From assembly GCA_000182565.2 (NCBI GenBank), contig KQ257452.1: 64,000 nucleotides of DNA; one strand, written 5' to 3'. The translations under genes were made by a program, and so were the position numbers. The stretch's first letter is position 1; each line of letters opens with the position of its first letter. This document shows, piece after piece, positions 50,851 to 63,910 of the stretch. The DNA comes from Spizellomyces punctatus DAOM BR117 (Eukaryota). The notes beneath the pieces are model-generated. The model worked only from the letters and a program-made list of their open reading frames with translations, did not search any database and was not told the origin of the DNA.

Positions 50851-51751
50851 ATGTACACGCTGATCACTGGACTCTATAAGCAGTGGACACAAAAGGAAGA
50901 GTTCTACGTTATCATATTGGGGCTGGATAATGCCGGGAAAACGGTGAGTTTGAATGGCAGCTTATCCTACAAGTTCTGGACTTCAAAATAGTGAAACTCA
51001 TCACTCTATCCAGACTCTTTTGGAGCGTATAAAGTCGATATATTTGGGGGTAGCTGGTCTTCCTCCAGAAAAGATCGCGCCGACCGTTGGTTTAAACAGT
51101 TGAGTTGTGTCCTCCTACAAGTCACATTCTAGGGTTGCTTCTCGAGCACCCCTAACCTTTCTTCTTTTTGCGGTGCGCTCCTGTACTCACCTAGTATAGT
51201 CGGAAAGGTTGAAATCAATAACACCCGCTTAAATTTTTGGGATCTGGGTGGACAGCGAGAACTTCACAGCATCTGGGAGAAATACTATTCCGAATGTCAC
51301 GCCATTGTTTTTGTAGTTGACGCTACCGATAAGGAGAGGATTGAAGAGGTTAAGGAGACATTTGGTCGGTCTCTCTTCCCCTTTGCCGGTTTCTCTCAGT
51401 GAAGCTGTTACATTTTTCTGATATATCAAGCTTAGAGACCGTGATCACGAATGACACAGTCGAGGGTGTCCCAGTACTCATGCTTGCAAACAAGCAAGAT
51501 GTCCCGTCAGCTCTAAAAGTGCACGAAATCAAAGAAATTTTCAACCCGATTGCTCTGCGACTTGGCGCAAGGGACAGCAAAGTACTGCCGGTGTCGGCTT
51601 TGAAGGGGTGGGTCTCTTCCCCGTTCCTGTTGCCTGCTTTGCCAAAGAGTCACATTTCTTCCATAGGGACGGCGTGCAGGAAGCAGTAGATTGGTTGTTT
51701 GTTCGCCTTCAGCGAAACAGAACAAATAGGCCGCCCATCTTCAGGAATTAA
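50851..51751 (+). CDS. ARFRP1: ARF-related GTPase ARFRP1 (yeast Arl3 orthologue)
   Basis: MYTLITGLYK (no Gly2), LGLDNAGKT, PTVGLN, FWDLGGQRELHSIWEKYY, LANKQD, VSALKG. Confidence 0.9.
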
Positions 51752-51938
51752 AGTAGTATATGATTATGGAATGGTCAGACCCTATACCATTATGATTTTA
51801 TTTCTACGCTTTTTTCCTTTGGATTCAGTATTTACATTTTCCTCCTTTTGGCGGTAACAACCACCGCTTATCCCCTTCGTCTTCCCTTTTATACAATGGT
51901 GTCGTGCAATATCTTACAGAAAAATCCGATAAAATCCT

Positions 51939-53793
51939 TTACAGGCAGAACTCAAGGTGGGACGCAAAAACAGGCGCTACGAACGAGAATTCTTCGGTTG
52001 AATACTTCTTGACTACATTCGATGTCTTGGGATTTTGGTCAAGCACAAGCATCATCAGAGGTCTGGAGAGTTCCTTCAAAGCGTCTTCCATGTACCCAGA
52101 TGAAGCGACGAGGTGCTGATTCTGCAATGAGATGACAGGGCATCAGTTTAAGAGTAAGGAGCGGCACGCTGTATCTATGGTCACAGTGTATGTTACATAC
52201 CCACGGGTCGTCATTCATCACTTTACGAGCTGTGTAGTTGGCCACGGCTGCAAGCTGAGAAGGCTTAACTCTCACAAACTTCTGGTCGTACTGTGCAACT
52301 TCAACCAAGTATTTGGCTGTTTGGTGGTACTTTTTCTCAAAGCGTGTTTTTCCATTAATCTGCCGAAGAAATTGTAACGGAGTCGGATACGTGTAGACAC
52401 CGACAACCTCTAGAATCTTGCTCTCCATCATCATAAACTCATTGGGCGTCCAAGTTGGAGCCATCGTGCCCATCAGCTTTTTATACGTCCATCCGGGGTT
52501 TTGTGAGTCACCCTTCGCCGCCAGCGAAAGAGTCGCCACAACGGCAAGAAGAAGTCCGCGATCATCCCACGTCATTTCGTAGTTACCGTAGGAGCGAACG
52601 TACTTCCATTTTGCAATGAAAAGATCAAACGTGCGGATTGCCGTAAACAAGACGTCAGGAGAGCATTTTAGGCCTGAGTGGATTGCAAATAAGGTGTTGA
52701 TGGCTTTTGCCCGCTGCTGACAAGTGAATGGGCGCGGAGAGGCGACGTCAACATTGCACATTCGAACCTGAGATGGAAGCGGGGTAAGCATAAAGGAACT
52801 AGGACACCGTTTCTGTCCACATGCACATACTTCTGCTTCCCAGTCTGCTTTGGCGTGCTCTTCGGCGTATTCATCAAATCCGAAAAGATCATTGCTATCA
52901 ATAACGGGAGGGTCTGAGATTCGGCGACCTAAAGATTCACGTTTCTGCTGTTGTGATATTGGAGCTTGATCGGGAGTTGGGGATTTCAAGCGAGCCTGGG
53001 CGACCGGAGCAGCCGGATGAGAGGTACGGTGACGGACGGGAGTTATGTCGGGACTGGTCTTGTTCTCGATGTCTTGGAGGGGTGAAGACAACTTCATTCG
53101 CTCAAGTTGTCCAGCTGGCGGAGACACAGACCAAGCGTCTATCATATCAAAGAGGGCTTTCTGCTTAAGCAGTTGGGCAGGGTGAGGTGACGAAGATGTG
53201 GTTTGAGGCGCCGCGAACGAGGAAACAGGGGCTTTGATGGGTGAAATTTCCATGGCGTCAGCGGAACGGACCTCCTCCTTCATCATCTCTCGCGTACTTG
53301 AACCATAGGTTTTCTTCATTGCGTTGACGGGCACAAAGTGTCCCGTCGGCAAAAAGTTGGTAGATGCACGCGAACCCTTACTAACGCCGTTTACGGGAGC
53401 CAAAATGCTCTTCGAGACAAGCTTTATTGGTACAGCACTTTCCTTGCTGAAGGTATCAATACGAGCAGAAGGGATGGTAGAATGGATGAAACCGATGTTC
53501 TCCTTCCCACTAAGGCCAGGCCGACAACTATTGGCTTGGTCACGAGTGTTACCCTTGGAAGATAGTGCACGACGAGCCACGGCGTTCCTCTCCTTTCCCT
53601 TTTCTTTTGCCGCACGGTACGCAGTAGAGATATTCTTGGGCTTGGGCGCCAGGACAGGTGCCGTGCTTTTCACATCGCTCTTGATCCTTTTAGCCTCTTG
53701 TCGTGAAGAAGGGCGTTCTGCTGGCCTCTTGACGCCATTATTGAGCTCCGCAGACTCAACGAGTACGCCAGCAGACTGCTTTCTAGACCACAT
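51939..53793 (-). CDS. Divergent A/B-type cyclin
   Basis: N-terminal D-box RRALSSKGN and KEN; cyclin folds QQRAKAINTLFAIH..LFTAIRTFDLFI, LSLAAK, MESKIL, YPTPLQFLRQI, AKYLVEVA..KPSQLAAVA; ends VVKKYSTEEFSFVA. Confidence 0.82.
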
Positions 53794-54246
53794 TTTGGCG
53801 GTAGCCGCGGAAACATAACCTCTAGGTTGCTGGCCAGTTGTAGGGTGTGCTAAATCAACCCGCGTCTGTCATCGTCGGCTGTTAATTACTGACTTGGCAA
53901 TTGAAGACTCGTGTGCATACTACTTGCCTTTGGGACAGGCGGCGCAAACAGCATTGCGCTCCAGATATGAATTTCACAGTTTGAAGGTAATAACAGAATG
54001 TCAACTTTTGCGATCTGCAAGGATTCGTGCCGCTTACAAAGAAGAGCGCGTTGGGGGGCATCCCAGCTGGGCCGGGGTTGTCCAATCAACATTGATTACC
54101 ATATGCAACGTGACGGTGCCGTCCAGTTTTGTCAAACAGCTATCGCAGTCTGGGAACACTTTGCCCAGAGATCTTTCCCATTGACTATCTTGACTTGTAG
54201 CCTGCACCAGACCACTTTCAGGAAGCCTGCGCAAAGGAGACCGAGG

Positions 54247-57200
54247 ATGGCGGCCAGAAGGCCCAAGGTGGCGATGAAAATCAGGCCTCCAGCAAAGAAG
54301 TCGGTAAGTTATTTGACCGCCCTCTTTCCCATTCTTGAAAATGAATGCCTTTCGAGCGGGTCAACACGGCTTATAATGGCCGTTGAAAGGACAGGTCGCG
54401 TGCTAGCTGAGAATAAGCTAATATATTGTTTTTGCTTTTTTGCTATTCAGAATGCCGAGACTCAATGGACAGAAACATGGGAACGGCTGTCGACAGCGAT
54501 AAAAGAGATATACAAGAGAAATGCTGGGGTACTGAGCTTTGAGGAGCTGTATAGGTCGGCTGGGGCTGGAACTGGTCGATATTCCAAGCAAAGTATATAG
54601 GCTGACGATTTCTGCTTCTTTACCACAGAAATGCCTACAACATGGTTTTGAACAAGCAGGGCGATAAACTGTACAATGGTGTGCGAGACGTCGTGACAGA
54701 GCATCTTCAGCAGGTTGCAAGGGATTTTGTTGTTCCATCTTTTCCTCAAATGGCTCCTGGAGGCGGGATGACGGGGGGAACTGAATTCCTCAAAACGGTG
54801 AAGAACGTATGGGAAGATCACACCACGTGCATGTTGATGATTCGAGACATCTTGATGTATATGGTTGGTCAAGCAATCATGTCTAACTTCACCTACACAG
54901 GTGGACTCATTGAAGATGGCTTACTATAGGATCGTGTATATGTCAAGGCGGCGAACCTTGCTCCGGTGTACGATCTTGGCTTAGATTTGTTCCGGGACGT
55001 GGTGCAAAGGTCCCCAGACTACCCCATATCAAGGCACTTGATCGCTACATTGCTGTATCACATTCGATTAGAACGAGATGGCGAGGTCATTGATCGGCTA
55101 GTTCTGAAGAATATTATTGATATGCTCTTAGGACTCAGTGAACCAAGGGGTAAGTACCTTGCACTTGGATTATCATATACCTTGGAATTTGGAAAGCTAA
55201 TGCATGTCGTAGGACCGACGCGCACACGTAACGACAAAACAGTGTACGTCACGGACTTTGAGGAGACGTTTTTGGAATCCAGTCGAGAGTTTTATCGGTT
55301 GGAAGGGCAAGTGTTCCTGCAGCAATGCGATGCCACAGAGTACCTTAAAAAGGTGAGTCGGTTTGCGCAGTCCGTAGTAAGCGGGCCTCCTCATGTGTCC
55401 GTTCAGGCTGAGCGGCGGCTACAAGAGGAGGAGCAACGTATAGCAAATTATCTGGCCTCAACCACAGAACCCAAAATAAGACAAGTTTTGGAGGAGGAGC
55501 TACTCCAGAGACATGTAAAGGCGGTGATTGAGGTTAGTGGTATGTTTCAGTCGCCGTACTTCTTAGTAGACTGACATGGTCCATCAGATGGAAAATTCGG
55601 GCTTAGTGGCTATGTTATCTAATGACAAATACAATGACCTGAGCCGAATGTACCACCTTTTCAGTCGGGTGTCTAATGGACACGCGGAAATGCGGCACAA
55701 TGCTTCGAGCTATGTGGAGGGGTTAGCTAGGGCCATCAATGAGACATATGGTGGGATGGGGGAAGCTGCCGATCCTTCAACGATCGCGACTTCAGCATCT
55801 TTGGCAAAGGCTTCAGAGCAAGACGTGGAAGCCTCGGCGGCATCAACACAACAAGCGAATCCCACACAATGGGTAGAAAGAATACTAGCATTGAAGGACA
55901 AATTCGACAAGATCCTAGAACAGTCATTCGCGAATGACCGACATTTCGAAACAGATATAAATGCTGCAATTGAAAGATCGATCAACCAGAACAGAAAAGC
56001 TCCGGAGTTCGTCAGCTTGTTTATCGACGAGAACCTACGAAAAGGCCTCAAGGGGGTGCGTATCTGATCCACTGATGTTTAACATTGGCGATAACCGTGT
56101 AACCGGCTGTTCATGTGGTTGTTAGAAAACGGAGATCGAGGTCGACAGTCTCCTGGATAAAACGGTTACTCTTTTCCGCTTTATCGAGGAGAAGGATGTG
56201 TTTGAGAGGTACTACAAGCAGCATTTAGCCAAGCGGCTGCTTCTGGGCAGGAGTGTCAGTGAAGATGCGGAGAAGAATATGATTGGAAAACTGAAGGTCC
56301 GAATTATGATCTTCCCGCAGCTTTAGTCTTATGACCTAATTCTCTCCTACAGGTTGAGTGCGGATGCCAGTTCACAGTCAAGTTGGAAGGCATGTTCAAC
56401 GATATGCGGCTTGCAGCTGATACGATGGGTGATTTCCGATCCCACCTAGCGAATTCTATAACGGCACCAAAGAACATGCCTGAACTATATGTTAACGTGC
56501 TGACCTCTACTTTCTGGCCTATGAACACCGCTACCAGCGGGGATACTTGCGTGTTTCCCACCGAGATAACTGCGGCTATGGATCATTTCCAGAGATTCTA
56601 CCATTCGAGGCATTCTGGTCGTCGGTTGACGTGGTTAACACATATCGGATCTGCCGATATTAAGGCAAACTTCGATAAGGGCCGAAAGGAAATTAACGTT
56701 TCAACATACGCCATGGTGCTATTGGTTGGCATTTTCAATAAACTTGCCGATGGACAATCAATTTCGTACGACCGAATTCGCGAAGAGAGCAGCATTCCAG
56801 ACCACGATCTGAAGCGAACGTTACAAAGTCTTTCAGTGGCAAAACACCGGATATTGTTGAAGAGCACGAAAGGGCGGGATATCTCACCTAGTGATCACTT
56901 CAAGGTCAACACCGGGTTTACCTCGCAGTTGCACAAGATTAAAATTCAACAGATATCGGCAACCTCTGGAAGCTCATCATCCGCTAGCAATTCGATGGAA
57001 ACAGACGCAGAGCGAGCGGATACGTTAGAAAAAGTCGATGAAGCACGAAAGCACCAGGTTGAAGCCTGCATTGTGCGGATCATGAAATCAAGGAAGAGAA
57101 TGGATCATAATAATCTAGTCGCTGAGGTCGTAAAGCAATTGAGCGCTCGATTTTCTCCAAGTCCTTTAATGGTTAAGAAACGGGTCGAGGGATTGATTGA

Positions 57201-57329
57201 GCGCGAATATTTGGAACGAGATAAGAGTGACAGGTGGGTACATCAACGCGCATGCAAGTGGTCCAGCCAGCCAAACCAGAGAAATAACTGTTCCGTTATA
57301 AAAGGAAAATCTACAATTATCTCGCATAA
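54247..57329 (+). CDS. CUL3: Cullin-3
   Basis: [89 protein letters not shown] (neddylation site); [14 protein letters not shown]; ends YNYLA-TAA. Confidence 0.95.
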
Positions 57330-57944
57330 CCTCCATTTCATCTACCTTTTGAAGCCGGGCTCTTTTTGGCGTTACCATTTTTGCTTGATCTCTTGTTGTT
57401 CCACCCAATCCATTTTTTGTGCAGAGCAAGACCAGCCCTACAGGATTTGTGCCTATGGCAGACGTGTTCCAGCCAGGAAACTCAATCTACCCCAACTGTT
57501 ACTACTTTCTTTTTGAATATGCTAGATGCGTGTATTTTTGTTCATAAATTTTGAGGCATGATTATTATATTTGTCCTCTTGTTCAATAGCGAGTTTTTCA
57601 ACAATTTGCTCAAAGTTAACAAAGGCTTATAAGGTTTCATTGCCAAAGGTTGTGAAGATTGATACACATGTGGGACATCTAGAATCCAATGCATCCCTCG
57701 TGGAAACCCAAACAATAAAAGGGCGACAAAATATCCTCCGACTGCTTGCCTCCTTTATTATTAACCTTCGCACGAGCTGCGCGACGCGTGAGTCGTCTCG
57801 TAATCGTCATCTAAAAAACCCCGACATGGATGGGAAACCTTATGAATGGCCTTGGGAAAGTTCTTCACGAGAGCTCGTCCTCGTCCTACATGTGATCCAT
57901 TCCTTGCACGTAGTTTGCGGAGAACGACGAGATAGAACGTTTCC

Positions 57945-59241
57945 ATGATCATTTTTGACGACCGACGCTTTGCGTGCAAATCATGTCAACGTGGGCACCG
58001 GAACGTGGCATGCGACCATCTGCAAAGAATGGTATTTGAGATCCGGGCAATAGGACGACCAAAAGAGAAGCTTAAGCAGCGCGCTGTGCGAAAAAGAGCT
58101 TATGCGCCTGAAAAATCCAAGGAAGAGGCGCTCATAGGCAAAGTCCAAGGTACTGCACATTTTGCGAATGGACATGGACCACCATTCGGACGGCATTGAT
58201 AATCTGGCCTTTTTGACTTTACTCAACCAGTCCAAGTATCTACCGGTACCGTCTTTGTATATGTGCCTGTGGACCCTACCTATGAGGCCTTGCAAGAGCG
58301 ACTATCTCGGATAGATGCATGTAATATTGGCGTACAGAGAGCCAAATCAAAAGACGCGGCGACATTGGAAGTAGAGACACATTCAGCACTGTTTCTCACG
58401 GTGCGGATATATCATGATCTTTGTAAGTTTGTCGTCTTGAAAAGATCTCTACGGGATAAGAGGTGGACACCTGCAGTCAGTTTTGATCTGACGCGATTCC
58501 GTCTACTTTTTTTCCATCAAAAAAGCGGATGATGGTGTCCCTGCGCGATTCAGCCCTGTTCCTGTCCGGCCTGATGTGCGACATCGTCGATGTCTTTCTG
58601 AAACGTCCGCCATCACTACGACACCCAAGATATCCCGACCGCACAGGGCTTCACCGTATGTCGTTTCTGTCCCCTCATCGCCGAGAACATCATCCCCTCA
58701 AAGTCCCTCCACGCCAAATTGTGGGTTTGGCAAGAACTCAACGTTACGACCTTGTTTCCCGAGCCCACCACGGTCATTGCCCGCCAGCCCCACACCCATA
58801 ATGCAGGAATATCCATCTGACACAGACACGGGGGCGACAGATAAATCAGCTTTCATGTCTGAATTCTTCTACAACACCTCCCCTCCCATTCAGGCGTGTT
58901 TTCCTGATATCCACTTTGAACAACTGTTCAATAATGCTTCAAGAACGCCCGCACCTGAAGGAGGGAGTGATGTAGGATTGTTAGGAGAACCTTGGCTGGA
59001 TCTTTTACCCTTGGAGGACAGTTTTATGGCATTGGACGAAACGTCCGCGTCAGTAAACAGCGGTGTTGACGCAGATGGATTTGAGGATGTATTTTGTCAA
59101 GTAGACGAAAGCATCCGAACATCGGATGAATTTTTTCAGCGGGAGGACATTGGCGATACAAGTGTGCAGTCATGCGTGAGCCGTTGCGTTCTTGGGGACA
59201 ATGGATTTGAAGATATACTGAGGAGGGCTAGGGAAATGTGA
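57945..59241 (+). CDS. Copper-fist DNA-binding transcription factor (Ace1/Mac1/Haa1 family N-terminus)
   Basis: MIIFDDRRFACKSCQRGHRNVACDHLQRMVFEIRAIGRP matches the copper-fist consensus (ACxxCxRGHR..C.H..R.....GRP); S/P-rich then acidic C-terminal region; internal exon structure tentative. Confidence 0.8.
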
Positions 59242-59846
59242 GGTTAAAATGCGGCGGATGGGTACGAATTTCTGTTATGATAGATACATGTAGATAAACA
59301 GAGAAATACGATCCTAAACATGAGTACAGTATATATTCGTTCTTGTGGTTTACTTGTTATAAGATGAAAGCAGGAAACGACCAGGGTCACCAAGCGAGCA
59401 CTGCGTAAATGGGATGCCCAAGTTTGGACGCTTTGCGGGACGTGCTTACTAAGCAATCACTAGCGCTTAGCAGTGGGATTGGGGGAAGCACCGCTCCTGT
59501 CGCCTCTCGGCCTGCCCCATTCCATTTGGTCTTTTTCTGCGCCTGTCAACAAATAGACGCAACCAAAAACTCTGCGTCTGCTGTATTAGGTTTACCTTGA
59601 CGAAACACTGCTGTGCTTGAGCGGTTTGACGAGAGGCGTTGACGGGTTTTGTTTGGACACGCATTCGGAGCTTTTTCCCGCTACGCACAGGAACCAAAGG
59701 TTTCATCGGGCTACATTCAAACGTGCCAACATTGAATAAGAACAGCCGCTAGGCACTACATTGTTACGACTTTCCCACAATTCGACTGGGGGTTGACTCC
59801 CACCGCGTCAGACGAACGCCTATTTTTCTCTTGAACGCAGCAAAAT

Positions 59847-61419
59847 ATGGGAGCGTTCCTCTCCCTATTGAGAGGCGGTGGGCCAACAGATGAGCCACCT
59901 GTTGACATACCCGTCAACTTGGAAGGTATGTATGGAGATGGGAAATTTATAACGGATTCGGGTGCAGCGATACCTGCCTGAGCGTCAAGTGGTCCATTTT
60001 CCGAGTCGCAGTGTCAAACTATGGTGCATGACAAGTTTTGCAACAAAGTACTAACTTTCTACTCGGTTGTTATTATTGCATGATTAACAGGTGCACAGCC
60101 AACCGCTGATGAAGTGGAAATTTATCAGTACATTATTCAAATTATGCAACCAGCACCCGGCTATCTCGACGCATTGAAAGGATATATTGGATGTCAGGAA
60201 GAGATTCGCAAGGTATGAATGAAAGCTGGACGTGGTGCTCGGTCAATATCTCGCTTACCTACTTGAAACTTTTTTCCACCTTGTCGTATAGGCCATTAGC
60301 AGTCCATCCCGAGAAACTGAGGAAGCGGCATGGGCAGCGGTATGTCCGGCTGTTCTGAAGTTGAGAGAATACTATGAGTTTGCTTTAAAGCTTGGTAAGT
60401 TCATCCTCCGAGCCTCTGATTTGGTTGAGTTTTGGCTAAACCGAGTTTTTAGAGGAAGCATTTCCGCGCCTGATGGCGTTCCTTTGTACCGGTGATGTCA
60501 TGAGGAATTTAGAAGTGCGGCAGGCAACAGCCAAGCAGTTGGCTGATGTGCTACATTTCGTATCCCTTTTCGATGAATTGAAGGTAAGAGGCCATGCATA
60601 ATATTGAACCAATGAATCAGTAATGACACGCCTGGGTCTTTTTCTTCACCATATAGATGGGCAACCCAAATGTGCAGAATGACTTTTCTTATTACCGCCG
60701 AACATTGAGTCGCATGCGAATGGCTAATCCCGTAAGTCCGCTCAAAGTTTGATGATTACGATGGATAATGTAACTGAATTTCATTTTGGCATCAATCAAT
60801 TAGTCGCAACAGAACGTGGTAGTTCCAGATGAGCTTGCAAATAGAATGTCCCTATTTTACGCTCATGCTACCCCAATGACGAAATCACTTGTCGACGCGA
60901 CAATGAAGCTTGTCAAAGAGGTATGCATAACTTTAAGCGCCATGGATTTATTTTTTATCTATCCTCAACTTGCAACTGTTTGTTAGAACAATACTGTGAC
61001 TCCTGACGCCGTTACCACCATCCTTTCCATTATCTCCGGCATTTGCTACAATGCGGTAATAAAAGAACGTGCACAGGGCGCTATGGTGCACTACTGTTTG
61101 CGGGTGTTGACTGTATCCATCATTCTGTACGATCATGTGGATCCGGAGGGTGCGTTCGGAAAGGGATCAAAGTTAATGTAAGTCAGAGGAAACGCAGAGT
61201 CTCGCTGCACAAGCCCTCGTGGAGGGTGTCAACGCGATTCGTATATATGTTCTTACCGCCGGGTTGCGAATTTTTTGGTAGATCCGAGCATCAGTGCGAG
61301 TTATCCAAACATCCGGCGGGTCCGGCAGCAACAATCTCCTTAACGCTTTACGATACACAACTTTACACCTAAATGACGAGTCTACCCCGAAATCCATTAA
61401 ACTCATGCTTGCTGCCTGA
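59847..61419 (+). CDS. CYRI: CYRI/FAM49 (CYFIP-related Rac1 interactor), 7 exons; apparent 1-nt frameshift at the last exon junction
   Basis: MGAFLSLL (Gly2); [109 protein letters not shown]. Confidence 0.9.
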
Positions 61420-62341
61420 AGACCGCACCCGCTGTGTTTTGTTTTAGTTCCAAGGAGTAATGATGTAAAGAACGGGTCGAGATGAGAGGATGTTAACCTG
61501 GGTGGTGTGGATGTTGGGATTTGTTAGCTAAAGGTTGGAAACTCGTGCGATATGTAGAGAATGCTTTATGGTGAACGGTTCAAGGTGGACAGGGGGAATG
61601 TTGCTATTTGACAAATGGCGAAGGGGAGTGAACTGGTGGAATTATTCTTGGCTGTTGAGGGCCTAGTAGCAGAAATGATGAATTCTACAATCGGTTTGCG
61701 CAGCCAAAAACTCTGTTCAATTGGAACATGGCTTTGTAAGCGTGGCTTCAACGTTATCTCTTTGCTCGTTATCGCAATTTTAATAAAAGATACGGGGAAC
61801 CTTTTCAACGTTGGCAGCCGGGACTTTCCCAGAGACAACAACCGACTTTAAGCCAGCTTTACCTCCTACACACACACAGACATTCCAGACATTGCACACA
61901 CATGGAAACCGAAATTCTCCCCACCATTTTGGATACATACCCTTTTCATGACCATGAAAGTGTCCTGACAGCAAATTCAACCTATTCACTGAGACCGACA
62001 TTGAAAACCACCCTCGTTTGCGCATCGCATCGTTTGTAGCCTGCAAGGACAGCTACCTCCATTCTGGCTTTCCTCTTCGACCGGTCTCTTTCCAACATTC
62101 GCGGAAGCATAGGTGGAGGGAATATATACGAATTCGACTTGCGAATGAATCTTTGGTATCGTGGTTCAGACGTACTTCCCGCACACCGTCATTCCCTGCT
62201 TTTTACCGGTACTCATGAAGGTCCTCGTCAAAAGAAACTCGCCAAAAGGACAATGTTCGAAACTGGACTGTGCCACCCAAAGAATGATGGTCAAAACCTT
62301 CGAAATTTGTCAATACCACGCAGAGGCATGTTTTTGACAAC

Positions 62342-63583
62342 ATGAAGAGGGCACTGCAGAGGTACTGGAATGGAATCCTCGCTAGACCATCACGAGGCGT
62401 CCTACCTGGCATTCCGTCGGGAAAGGAGATAATTGCCTCGTGGATAGCCACATTTATCGGTATTGGTAAGCACGCAGTCTCGTTCGCAATTTCCATGTTC
62501 ATTCACTGAGTGCACTGGAACATTTGTTTTTCGCAGGTGTTGTTACTGCGCTCCATTACCACGCACCAGCTTTACTTGCTGCTGAAGTTCCAGTCGTGGT
62601 TGCCTCGTTTGGAGCCTCTGCCGTGCTTATCTACAACACAATAGAAAGTCCTCTCTCCCAGCCAAGGTTCGTTGCAGAAAATTGTCGTGGAAAGAGGGAA
62701 GGGGACAGCGCTGTTCATCTATTTCATGTATTGACTGTGTTGTTGTTGTTGTTGTTGTTGATAACAGGTGTCTTTTGGGTGGACACATTTTCTCCGCGGT
62801 CGTAGGAGTAACTGTTCAAAAGATCATTTCCGCGTTGGCTGAAGCGACAAAGACCGATGTACTACAATGGAGATGGTTTGGTTGTGCTCTTGCTGTATCC
62901 TGTGCCATTTTCGTTATGCAGGTGAGTAGCACTGTTCGTGTGGTACCCGTCCTGGTCTAATGACAATTACTAGGTAACCAAAACCACACATCCACCAGGT
63001 GGAGCTACGGCGCTTGCTGCTGTTCTCGGCCCAGATCCCGTCTGGCATTTAGGTATTGGATACATATACATGCCACACATTGCAGTAAAGGACAATTATC
63101 TGACTTTAGTCCTGTCTCTATTTCGTGTTGCTTGCAGGGTACCTGTACGTTGCATCACCAGTCGCGCTTGGGGCAGTTTTACTATTATCCGTCGCGGTAC
63201 TAGTCAATAACGCATTTGGACGACAATATCCACAGTACTGGTTTGTACCGACCCCACCAGTCCTACAAGATGGTTCATCATCAAGTCCGCTCCATGAACT
63301 AAAGTTGGAATGTGACGCGACTGCAGTCATATCACACCATGACAATATGCATGTTGATGATGGACATCGTTTATCTGTATCAGTATCGACTCGTGCCCAC
63401 GACCTCCAACAGGCAGAGCGACTAATAGAGCACGGGGCGGGACTTGGGGTAGGGGACGGACAAGTTGGCGGCGTGCATGGAGGATCTGCCAGTTTGGCTG
63501 GGGAGCGATTCAGGCGTGGAATATCCTCCCATAGCTTAAATTCGTCTTCACCACCAGCAGATGGTGTTCAAGATATGCCTTAA
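62342..63583 (+). CDS. HPP-family integral membrane protein
   Basis: VASFGASAVLIYNTIESPLSQPR|CLLGGH..SAVVGV; ALAVSCAIFVMQ|VTKTTHPPGGATAL; NNAFGRQYPQYW. Confidence 0.9.
62738..62760 (+). repeat. (TTG)n microsatellite in an intron of the HPP gene
   Basis: tgttgttgttgttgttgttgttg seen directly. Confidence 0.9.
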
Positions 63584-63910
63584 TGATAAAAGTGTAAATA
63601 ACTAGGAGTTATGGGGACTTGTCATGTGACTAATAGATGCGCGTAACTAAGCACTATGACTTCATCATTACCCGACAGCATGACGCGTAGCAATTGTCGA
63701 CGGGGGGGCTGGAGCTCTTCACCTTCTTTTATGTTTTCCTCGGCGTTTCGTCACACTACCGCCACTAGTTCCGTCTCCCCCCGTCTCCCACTGCATGGGT
63801 ATAAGTAAAGGGCTGCTGCTTCCTCGTCTCTCCTTCAACAATTCATACCCCGCAATCTGCAGATACAAATCAACTTTCTTTAAAAACATCAACTCTGTTC
63901 ACGCACATCC

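Noticed and set aside
53324-53818. 164-aa plus-strand ORF and similar short antisense ORFs throughout the window
   Set aside because: Shadows of real genes on the opposite strand; no independent evidence.
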